From Alphaproteobacteria bacterium (lineage in GTDB: Bacteria; Pseudomonadota; Alphaproteobacteria; UBA828), in assembly GCA_965214705.1 (NCBI GenBank), contig OZ243972.1, positions 1,920,001 through 1,984,000 of the forward strand: a DNA stretch of 64,000 nt, written 5' to 3'. Positions 9,558 to 21,016 of this stretch are shown piece by piece. Under the pieces are notes generated by a model, which was given only the letters and a program-made list of their open reading frames with translations, ran no database searches and was not told the origin of the DNA. A program made the position numbers and the translations under genes. Positions within the stretch are counted from its first letter, which is position 1; each line of letters starts with the position of its first letter.

Positions 9558-9761
9558 AGGCAATCCCCTGCATGGTCGCGATCTGTGCCAGGCCCCATCG
9601 CCCGCCCGACCTCCCGAGTCGACGAGATACGCCCGCCAACCGGTCTCGCCGCGGACCGAAACGCGGTAGTTTTCCTTCCCGAAAGAGCTGCCTGCCTTGC
9701 GCGAATTGCGAGAAAAGTGGCTCATCTAAGCCAGAAGGCCGAACGGAATCGAGACCGGGCC

Positions 9762-10085
9762 ATGACCGACACGACCGACAAAGCACAGCACAGACGCATC
9801 CGCGTGCTCCCCGAGCAGTGGGCCCGGATCGAAAACGCCGCCCGAGGGACGAGCCGCACGGCGAACGAGCTCGTGATCGACCTCGCATTAGAGGCGCTCG
9901 ACAGGCGCGAATGGCCGCGTACCGAGGCGGAAATCCATCTTCTCCGTTCCGCGATGTTCACCGCCCAGGCGATCATCCGGGACATGGAGAAGGACGGCCG
10001 CCACGACGAGATTGAGGCGATCAGCCGCACCATCTCCGAAGTCGCACCGGAATTGTCCAGCGAGGTCCCGCGGATTCGAAACTGA
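9762..10085 (+). CDS. Ribbon-helix-helix-like protein (possible relaxosome accessory)
   Basis: HRRIRVLPEQWARIENAARGTSRTANELVIDLALEAL fits a beta-alpha-alpha pattern. Confidence 0.55.
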   Translation: MTDTTDKAQHRRIRVLPEQWARIENAARGTSRTANELVIDLALEALDRREWPRTEAEIHLLRSAMFTAQAIIRDMEKDGRHDEIEAISRTISEVAPELSSEVPRIRN

Positions 10086-10216
10086 TAGCCGAGCGCCTTC
10101 CCCCCTGCGCGAAAATGTCAATATCCCTTCGCGGTGGAGTGATTCCGCCAACGGTCATACCCGCCGAATTTGCGATAGGACCCCCTATGGCTCTCATGGG
10201 CCCGGTCCAATAGGGG

Positions 10217-11674
10217 CTATTGCTCCCGTACACGGTTCCATCGGGCGGAAACGCCGTGCCCTCTGGACGCCGCTAGCCCGAGCTCTCTCAATCGAGCCAA
10301 TGCCCTCTTGACCTGACGGACGCTCACCGATGCGGGCAAACGCGCACGTATTTCGCGGAGCGCTAGAGGACGGTCAGCTTGGTCCAGAAGACCGAGGATG
10401 TCCCGCTGCCCCTCACTCAATTTCGGCAATTGAGAATTTGCTTCATCGGTAACAGCAATATGCTCTCTGACGATATGCTCTCTGACGATGACATGGACCG
10501 GCGCCGTGGAGTGGCGGAAACGCACCGTCACGCATCCCCCGGCGTCCTCGATTTCGGGCTGTGGCAGTCCGGCCGCGATTGTCACTTCCGCCATCTTCAG
10601 AGTACCACGGCCCCAGCGCTCGATGATGCCGCGCCGGTAGAAGGCATCGGCAATCAGCGGATTCCAAGGTATAGACTCGTGCGGCGCAAACAGCTTTTCG
10701 GGCGTCAGCCCGAAATGCAGCATCCCCGTCGACGTGATTTCCAAACGGTCATCGTAAATCGCCACACCGATGGAACCTCCGCCGATCGAATAGTCGCGAT
10801 GGCAGAGCGCGTTCGCCAAGGCTTCGCGCGTCGCCAACGGAGGAAAGAGCGGTTCGTCGATGCGCTCAATGCGGCCCTCCTCGATGCGACCGGCAATGGG
10901 CAGGCTATCACGCAGGAAGCGTTCGGCGGCCCGGAGCAAGGAGAATGTGTTGCCGTGGAATTGCCGGTTGTCGAGAAACTCCGTCCTGTCGATGCCCCTG
11001 AACCGAGCAACCCGAAGAAGGCACTGCGGCATGTCGAACCCAATCCGGTCCTCGTTGCCGAACAACGTGACCGCCGCACGCCACAATACTCCATCCCGAA
11101 ACAGCCCTAGACCGCGAAGTAGGTCGTGAGTGTCGCGCGTACCGGGATCCTCCAGCCGACCCCGGCGCACCGCCTCTTCCACAGTGGCGCGGATTTCATT
11201 CGCATCCAAGTCGTTGATCGACCATCCCTCGGCGGGCTGGTTCTCCCAGCGCCGCTCGCTATGCATGCGCTCGAATAGCAATCGTCGGTATTCATCCGCG
11301 CGCATTTCCACCGTGGTGTTGCCCACGCGCCGATACGCGGTGCCTCGATACATGTATGGACCCGCTTGCCCTCGTCCGACGGTGACGGCGACAACTTCAT
11401 GGCTTTCGTCGACCTGCATCCGTTCGATCGCCGGAAAGGCGGGTGGGTCAATCCTCGCAAGTTCGGCGCTAATTTGCTCGATGGTGCGTTCGCTCACCTG
11501 CTGGCCGACCACCCGCCCTTCCGGGGCAACGCCAAACAGAATCTGTCCTCCCTGCTGGTTGAGCATGGCGCAGACGGTCATTGCCGCTTCTCGGCGCGTA
11601 CCCGTCGTGCTCTTGAACTCGAGCGTTTCGGATTCGCCCGCCGCAATCATCCGCGCGATCCGCTCGACAGTCAT
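10217..11674 (-). CDS. AlbA_2 (Schlafen-like) + HATPase_c_4/RecG-C-like + wHTH protein
   Basis: GESETLEFKS..CAMLNQQGGQILFGV; REALANALCHRDY; IERWGRGT; ATGA overlap with the RM gene stop. Confidence 0.85.
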   Translation of the reverse strand: MTVERIARMIAAGESETLEFKSTTGTRREAAMTVCAMLNQQGGQILFGVAPEGRVVGQQVSERTIEQISAELARIDPPAFPAIERMQVDESHEVVAVTVGRGQAGPYMYRGTAYRRVGNTTVEMRADEYRRLLFERMHSERRWENQPAEGWSINDLDANEIRATVEEAVRRGRLEDPGTRDTHDLLRGLGLFRDGVLWRAAVTLFGNEDRIGFDMPQCLLRVARFRGIDRTEFLDNRQFHGNTFSLLRAAERFLRDSLPIAGRIEEGRIERIDEPLFPPLATREALANALCHRDYSIGGGSIGVAIYDDRLEITSTGMLHFGLTPEKLFAPHESIPWNPLIADAFYRRGIIERWGRGTLKMAEVTIAAGLPQPEIEDAGGCVTVRFRHSTAPVHVIVREHIVREHIAVTDEANSQLPKLSEGQRDILGLLDQADRPLALREIRARLPASVSVRQVKRALARLRELGLAASRGHGVSARWNRVREQ

Positions 11675-14600
11675 GGACGTTCTCCACCCGGCCGCTCCTC
11701 CGGTGCGGAAAAGGGGCAAGGAAGGCGAGCAACGATGGCCACAGTTTCCACGCTGACGTGGACGATCCGGCGGAACGCCGCGATCAAATCGCGCGGATCG
11801 TCGAACCAGCGGTTCGGGTCGTTGATGATGCCGCTCCGGTTGTCCCGCACGATCCGGTAGCGGTCGATGAACCATTCCAGGGGCGTTCGTCCGTTGACTT
11901 GGTACTCGTGAGCCCGCGGCGGGATACCTTTGAGGCGCAGGTATTCGTTAACAGTAAGGACCGTTCTTTCATCGTCCTCGAACCGCATTGCCCGCGCTCC
12001 GATCCTGAAATGTTCGGGTTCCGGTTCGCTCGGCGAGAGGAATTCCAATTCGAGCGGGTGTTCCGGACAGGTCTCGTAGCCGAGATGCAGCTCGGCCAGT
12101 CGACGGCCCGCTTCCGCAAAGGCACGAAAATCGTCGGCGAGCGGGACGCGCGGCAATTCCTTGGCGAGGTCGTTGGCGAAGCGTTCCCGGTAGTCCGGCG
12201 CATGCAGGACGCCGTAGACATAGTCGAAGATGGCGTCCTTTGTTATCGCGTTGTCACCATAGCGCACCCGGAACGCACGGAGCGCAGTGTCGGAAATGTT
12301 GTCGATTCGCTCCGGCGGCGGTCCCATGCCGGGCAAGCTCTGCTGGCCGCTCCGGCGCTCGTAGCGGTATCGGGGGAAGCATTGGCAAGCTTCTTCCACG
12401 AAGTGGAGGTCTGGCATTGTATCGACCACGAGGGCAGCAAAGGGCCTTCTTGAGCCAACCGCCGGCACGCAGATGGCACAGTTCTCGCTGTCGCCTTCCG
12501 GGAAGATACTGTCCAACTGGTACTTCCTCTGCGCGAACAGATGGTCGACATAGCAATGCTGTTTAGCAAAAGGACGGTATTGCGCGCTCCAAAGCTTGTC
12601 TTGGGAATATTCGACGGGTTCTTGCCGAAGTAATCTGCTCTTTAGCTCGCTATCCCATCGGAGATTGGACGAATGCCGTTGTGTGATGTCATCGACGACG
12701 GAACTCAATTCAACTTTTGACTCGGGATTCTCCTTCCACTCGTCTAACGCTTCTTTCAACTCCTCCAACGCATCCACATAGTTGTCTACCATCTTCCGGG
12801 CAATCTCGGCGCACACCTCTCGGGGGGTGTAGTTCTCGTATGGCGATGATTGACTCGGCTTGATCCATGAGTTCCTGCGGTGCGGAGCATCCTCACCTCC
12901 CGGTGACGCCCACTGTCGTGACAAAAGCCCGCCCTGGAACGGGCGATTGTCACGAAACTACGATTTCGCCTGTTTGCCTCGACCCATGAACCACGTTGTA
13001 TCAATGGCTTACGATTGCCATACGAGAACTACACCCCTCTCGGGAATAGTTGTAGACATACGTATCGCGACCAGTCTTGTAGCCGTTGCTGAATAGTCTG
13101 AAGATGGGCTCGTCCGTCCTTCCAGCCTTGGCCTCCTTCGAGCCCATCGCATAGAGTGACCGGAACGCCTCGTCGCGCTGGCCGATCCAGTCATGGTGCC
13201 GATCCGGGACAATCTCATCCCAGCTCTCGATGCCAGCAACCGAACTCCACTCGCGCAGCATCTCGAGCTTGTCCTCGCGGGAAAGATAGTCGCCGATGTC
13301 GCGATACAGGATGCGGCAGCCTTCATGCGTCGCATCTGGGTTTTTCGCGAGGATCGTGATTGCGACCGGCGCGCGGGAGCCTTGGCCGAATACCTTGCCG
13401 CCTTCCCGGCGCGAGCGCTCGCCTTGTGTCCGTTGGTTTCCCCGAAGATTCACGACGTAGATCGAGCTGAACTCCTCCGCCAGACAAGCCCGCACGCCGG
13501 AGTCGACACTGCCGTATAGCCAGTAGCCATTGGTTACGAACGCGATCACGCCCCGGTCGCCGATGCGATCCGACGCCCAGCGGATCGCCATCTTGTACGT
13601 ATCGTACAGGCTGTTCTTGTTGGTTGATGTGGAATGAGAAGCATAGGTATCCGCCACACGTGCTTCGAGTTCGGGATAATCCACGTTCGGATTGTCGTCG
13701 GCCGAACTCCTCTGCCCTGCCGACCAGGGTGGGTTGCCGACTATGACCTGGATGGGCAGCTTCTGCTGACGTTCGGCGCGTTCGCTGTTGTCCGGGAGCC
13801 AGTCCTTCGGGAACCCCGCGCGGCCGGAGTGCAGGTTGAAGGTGTCGGTGAGCACGATTCCGCCGAACGGCTCGTAGTCACCGTCATCGCCTGCTCGGCC
13901 GTGAAACGCCTCTTCTATATGGATGGCAGCGATATAGTAGGCGAGCAGGACAAGCTCGTTGGCGTGAAGCTCCTCCGAGTACTTGCGTTTAAGGTCAGCG
14001 TCGCGAATCAGTGCTGACTGCAACAGCCGAACAAGGAAGATGCCTGTTCCAGTGAAGGGGTCGAGCACATGGACTCCTTCGTCGGTCAGACCCCGGCCGA
14101 ACTCCGAGCGCGCCACGTGATCGGCGCTGGCCAAGATGAAATCCACGATCTGGACCGGCGTGTAGACGATGCCGAGCCGATCCGCGTCCTTCTTCATCGC
14201 AGTGGAGAAGAACTTCTCATACAACTCCATCAGCACGCGCTGGCGCGCGGCAGGGTTGTCCAGGCCACGTGCACGGAGTCGCACACTTTCATAAAACCCC
14301 TCCAGATCGCGGGTTTCGTTTTCCAGCCCGAACTCCCCGAAATCGCGCCGCAGCGCATCGAGCGCCCGGGCAACCGGATTGCCGCCGGCGAAGTCGTAGC
14401 CCTCGAACAGCGCCTCGAACACCGGACGGGTCAGAATGTGCTGCGCCATCATGTCGATGGCGCTCTCGGTTGTGATGGATTTGTTGATCGACACCTTGAG
14501 TTCGGCGTGGAATGCCTCGAACCATTCGCTCAGTGTCTCGTTGCCGGGGTCGGCAAGCAGGCCGCCGATGCGCGTCACCAGGCGCGAGAAGATGTCCGCG

Positions 14601-16684
14601 ACATCCTTCGCCCAGCTCTCCCAGTATTTCCGGTCGCCGCACTTCTCGACGATCCTCGCGTAGATTGCGCCCGGTGGCAGATCGAGCGGGGGGAACGCAA
14701 GCTCGGGCGAGTCGGGGATGGTCTCCCCGTTGACGCCATCCCGGCTGAAGATGATCCGGTCCGTCGGTCGGTCATTCAGATCGATCTGATTAATCTCGGC
14801 ATCGAGGCGGTCGTCATGCGAGCGAAGCGCGCGAACAACGCTCCAAACGACGTCGAACTCCTTGCCGCTGTCGAGGACCAGCGCCGGATCCCGCCCCTCC
14901 GGCACCGCGATCGGGAGCACAATGTATCCGTAGGTCTTGCCTTCGGCCCTGCGCATGGCGCGCCCGACGGCCTGCACGATATCGACGATGCTCTTGCGCT
15001 CGGTCATGAAGATCACCGCATCGAGCGCCGGCACGTCGATTCCCTCCGAGAGGCACCGCGCGTTGGACAGGATGCGGCAGGCGCCTCCAGTCGTGCTCTT
15101 CAGCCATTCGATGCGCGCTTTGCGGTCGAGCGCGTGATGCTGTCCGTCCACATGCCGGGTCTCGCACCGGAACGCCGTGGTGCGCTCGCCCTCCGGCAAC
15201 AAGGCCGCGGCTTGCTCGACAAGGCCGCCCCAATGCTTCGCCAGGAGTTCCGACGACTTGATTCTGTCCGTGAACGCGATCGCACGCTGCAAGGGTCGGC
15301 CGGGTCCGTCTTCCGGCCGTCGATTCTCCGGGTTCTGCAATGCCCGCCAGCAGCCGACGATGCGGGCGGCGTCGCTGAGGTTGATCGCACCCCCGGAGGA
15401 AGCCAGATGGGCCTGCAAGGCCCTGTCCACATGGCTTTCCGACAAGGCGAGAACGACGACCTTGTAGTCTGACAACAGGCCCTGCTCGACGGCCCGCGAG
15501 AATGGTAGCCGATGGAACTCGGGCCCGTAGGTCGCCTCGTCGTCCATCGAGAACACCTCGACGCCGTGTGTTGCGGCCCTTGTCTTCGCCCCCTCGGCAT
15601 AAAGGCGCGGCGTCGCCGTCATGTAGAGGCGTCGCACGGCTAGTATGCGCCCGGCGTCATGCACGAGGACGAACGGCGACGTCTTGTCACCGGGGCGTTC
15701 GATCCCCGTCGTCCGGTGCGCCTCGTCGCAGAGAATGAGGTCGAACGCCGGTGCGCCTTCGTCCTGCGCCCGCTCGACCAGACCGAGCGAGTGATAAGTG
15801 CAGAACACGACGGTCATGGTATTCGAAGGCACCCGCAACGCCTTGCCGATCATGGATGCATCGGTCGTGACGGGGATTTCCAGTTCGAGAAACGAGGCGT
15901 CCTCGTCAGTCCGTCCGGCGCGAGTATCCGAGCAGATGCCGACGTAGCGGTGCGCCAGTTCGCGCTGTTCCGCCCATTCGCGCATCGATTGCTGGAACAG
16001 GGAGATCGAGGGAACGAGGTAGAGCACCCTGCCTCCCTCGCCAGCGATCGCTTCGGCGATGCGCAACGCCGTGAAGGTCTTGCCGGTGCCGCATGCCATG
16101 ACCAGCTTGCCGCGGTCGCGGTCCGCGAATCCCTTCAGCACATTTTCGAACGCCCGTCGCTGGTGTAGCCGCAGGCTGAATGGCTCACGCCGAAAGGCCA
16201 GGTCTTCGGGTTTCTCGCGAACCAAGTCCGGCCAGTCGAACGGGCGGCTCGCTAGATCGCCAAACCGGAGCACGGAACACGCAGGCTTCAGTCCGGTGAT
16301 CGTCTTGACCGCGTTCGTCCCCCATTCGTCTCCGGTGTCTACGACGATTCGCGCCGTGAACGGTTCACGCGCCGACGCAGCGATGAAGGAATCGAGCTCG
16401 GCCTTCGAAATCCTCGTGCCCGGTGCGTAGCACTTGCATTGAATGGCGCAATGGCCGCCTCCCCGCTCCTCGGCAACGAGATCGATGCCGGTGTCGGCAC
16501 CGTCGAAATCATGTCGGGTGGCGGCCCATTCGGACCACAATTCCACCTGATCGAACCGGTCCCGGTAGAGCGGATCCTGCTCGAAATACGCCTTCATCAA
16601 CCGCTCGAACAGGCGGCCCTTCTCGGCCTCGGTCCCGGCGATCGACCGAATGTGGTCGAGGACGCGCTGGAAGCCGTCACTCAT
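11671..16684 (-). pseudogene. Type ISP restriction-modification enzyme (Mrr-like nuclease, SF2 helicase, N6-adenine MTase, TRD), interrupted by a MITE
   Basis: DTGIDLV..IQCK nuclease; MACGTGKT and DEAHRT helicase; DPFTGTG and GNPPW MTase; C-terminal YRPF..QCFPRY; removing 220 bp restores one 1597-aa frame (YVYNYSRE-VCAEIARK). Confidence 0.9.
12825..13036. mobile_element. 212-bp non-autonomous MITE
   Basis: Terminal IRs GGGTGTAGTTCTCGTATGGC / GCCATACGAGAACTACACCC; 8-bp TSD CTCTCGGG (12817-12824, 13037-13044); internal hairpin 12917-12954. Confidence 0.88.
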
Positions 16685-16892
16685 TCAAAGATTCCGTTCA
16701 AGCGGCGGTAGGGACCGGGTTGGCGGGTGGTGCATGTTCGTTTCTCGCTTGTCCGCGGTTTGTAAAGCACTTCAGTTCTTTGTTGTGTCATGTCAGGGCC
16801 GTTATTGGCCTTCTGATAGGACGGAGTATCGCTGCCCCGTCCGGGCGGACGATGTCTTCAGACTGCTTCCGATAGTCAGTCACAGAGTGGCC

Positions 16893-19097
16893 CTATGCTC
16901 CCTTGGAGTGACGTCGGTGGCTGCTGGCGAACAACCCTCCACCCTTGTGCATGGTGCTGCCGATCGCGAGCGGCCCCGCTAGCGCCGTAGCGAACGTAAT
17001 CCTTAGTCGGCCCGATAGACCGCCCCGCGGGCCACATCGGACCGACAGAATCTCGACAGTATCCGGTTCCGGCCAGCCGATGCGGGTCAGTTCGGCCACG
17101 ACATCCGTCCTCAGCGCTTCTTTGGCCGTCGTTCGGCGACGATGCCGGGTTACGCGATAGTCGGATATGCTTTCCCAGATCTGCGAGGGCGCGAACAGGG
17201 GGTCGCCTTCCGCCTCCAGCGCTGCAGGTGCGAGCGTCAGACGACCGGCAGGGCCTGCGCGCAGCACGTTCATGCCTGCGAGGGCATGTTCGAGCCGGAC
17301 ATGGTCGCCGGCTATCTCCCGCCACCCCAAACCGCCGCGCTGTAGCAGGTTTGGCGCAACGAAGAGAAGGCGTCGGCGCGGCAGGTCGGGCATTACCGCG
17401 ACATGGCGGTGGGTGCCGCCGCGGGCGGGGTCGCCGTTGTCCTCGTGGCCGCTAACATAGCGCGGTACGGACTGACCGCCGGGCAGGGCGGCCTGCATCC
17501 GGGCCAGCATGGCGCGGCGCGCGGCGCGGGCGACATGGGCCGGGTCCGCGTCCCCGGCGAGACCTCCCTCGATCGCGAACGCCAGCACGCCCGGCATTGG
17601 ATCGACCGGACGCATGAGGCCGAGGCCGAGATAGCGACCGTCGCCCAGCAGCAATGGCCCGCCAAGCGGCGCGGCAAAGGTCAGCGAAGCATGCCACAGC
17701 GCCTCCTTGGGAAAGCGCGTGCCCGTGGCGAAGGCCTCGGCCCGTTCGCCGTGACTGTCGAACGGCTCGCGTTGTACATGTACCGAAGTCGACGACATGC
17801 GGATTTCCGCGTGGCGCAGGGCCTGGCGCACGGCGTGAACGGCGCGGACCTCCTCACGCGCCCGCTCAGCAGCATCCTTGGTCTCGTCCCTTGTACGCGC
17901 GGGATCAATGCGCCGCCGCCGTGCAGTCGAGAGTGCGAGCGGAGTCACGCTGCGCCAGCATCGGCCGCTGCACTCATAGCGATCCGCCATGGCGTCATCG
18001 TCCACGGGCTGCAACTCGTCGAGAATCACGCCGTCAGCATCGGTCCAGGCGACCTGCGCGAGGGCCCAGGCGACATCGTCCGCGCGCAGCGGGCAGGTTT
18101 GCGGCACATGGACTGCGAGGCGCCGGATTGTCATGTCGGCATGGGGATGGCCGATCGATGGTAGCGGCACGATCCGCACGCGCGCGGCCTTGTCCGCGTC
18201 CGTTGCGCCCCGGCCGGCCAGATAGCGTTCGATATCGTCCGCCCGCGCAGGTATCGTCTCGCACAACCGAGCTGCGGCCTGATCGCGCGCCGCGGCAACG
18301 AGCGCCGCCGCTTCGCTCAGCTGCCGCGGGGCGAAGCCGCTTCTGGCATCGGCCCCGCGCAGCGCAAAGACCAGTCTTTTGGGCGGAGCATCGTATGCGA
18401 CGCTCGCAAAGAGCGGCTTAGCTGGCTGGATAAAGACGCGAACCGGCTTGCGGTTACTGCCGCCTCGGCGAAAGCGGGTGCGCGTCCCCTCGAAGCGGGC
18501 TTCGAGGCTCCGGCCGGTTCCCGGTTGCGGACAGGGCAAATTGCGTCCCCACCCGCTGCCCGCCGACGGGCGGTAGACGATGCCGCCGTGTTGGGAGACT
18601 CGCTCCTGCGCCTCGTGCGCGTCGAGCACGACCGCTTCTGCCCACGCCATGTCGATGCCGCGGCCAAGCTGGTAAAGATATTCCGCTAGTTCGCACAGCG
18701 CCGTTGCTCGCACGTCGTCGCCGTCGAAAGACCAACAGTAGAGCACTGGCGCGGCATCATCGAAAAGGATGGGACGGACGGTCTTGCCTACGCGGACGGT
18801 TGCCACCGCGTCCTCAATGTCGGAGGCGTTCTTCCGGGAAAGCGCGGCGTCGAGATCGTTGTTAGGCACGAATCTGGTGTAGCCTTGGCCCGGCACGCCG
18901 CGCGGGGCTGCGACCGCCGGAGGCGACAGTCGCTCCAGCCAGTCCAGCGCATCCCGCGCCGCGTCCGGCACCTTGGCACCCTCAGCCGCACCAGCCATCA
19001 ATGCCTGATACAGCCGCGCCGGCGCGGGTGGCCAGCCGTCGGCGCCGTGATAGCGGCCTTCATGAAACCTCACTGCGACGAGCAGTGCGCGTTCCAT
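16893..19097 (-). CDS. csb2: Type I-G Csb2 (Cas5/Cas6 fusion), long form with two Cas6-like modules
   Basis: GRYHG..WPPAPARLYQAL N-terminus; YQLGRG; two G-rich loops GPLLLGDGRYLGLGL and GPLAIGSTMHKGGGLF. Confidence 0.88.
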   Translation of the reverse strand: MERALLVAVRFHEGRYHGADGWPPAPARLYQALMAGAAEGAKVPDAARDALDWLERLSPPAVAAPRGVPGQGYTRFVPNNDLDAALSRKNASDIEDAVATVRVGKTVRPILFDDAAPVLYCWSFDGDDVRATALCELAEYLYQLGRGIDMAWAEAVVLDAHEAQERVSQHGGIVYRPSAGSGWGRNLPCPQPGTGRSLEARFEGTRTRFRRGGSNRKPVRVFIQPAKPLFASVAYDAPPKRLVFALRGADARSGFAPRQLSEAAALVAAARDQAAARLCETIPARADDIERYLAGRGATDADKAARVRIVPLPSIGHPHADMTIRRLAVHVPQTCPLRADDVAWALAQVAWTDADGVILDELQPVDDDAMADRYECSGRCWRSVTPLALSTARRRRIDPARTRDETKDAAERAREEVRAVHAVRQALRHAEIRMSSTSVHVQREPFDSHGERAEAFATGTRFPKEALWHASLTFAAPLGGPLLLGDGRYLGLGLMRPVDPMPGVLAFAIEGGLAGDADPAHVARAARRAMLARMQAALPGGQSVPRYVSGHEDNGDPARGGTHRHVAVMPDLPRRRLLFVAPNLLQRGGLGWREIAGDHVRLEHALAGMNVLRAGPAGRLTLAPAALEAEGDPLFAPSQIWESISDYRVTRHRRRTTAKEALRTDVVAELTRIGWPEPDTVEILSVRCGPRGGLSGRLRITFATALAGPLAIGSTMHKGGGLFASSHRRHSKGA

Positions 19098-19100
19098 GGT

Positions 19101-21012
<1,912 letters not shown>

Positions 21013-21016
<4 letters not shown>

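Noticed and set aside
10458-10487. 15-bp tandem duplication (IVREH x2) in the AlbA_2 gene
   Set aside because: Unrelated in sequence to the tra repeat; consistent with a single slippage event in a linker.
12786-13096. Invertible or phase-variable specificity switch, or programmed frameshift, in the Type ISP gene
   Set aside because: The inverted repeats flank non-coding DNA with a direct 8-bp duplication, and there is no alternative TRD; a MITE insertion explains it exactly.
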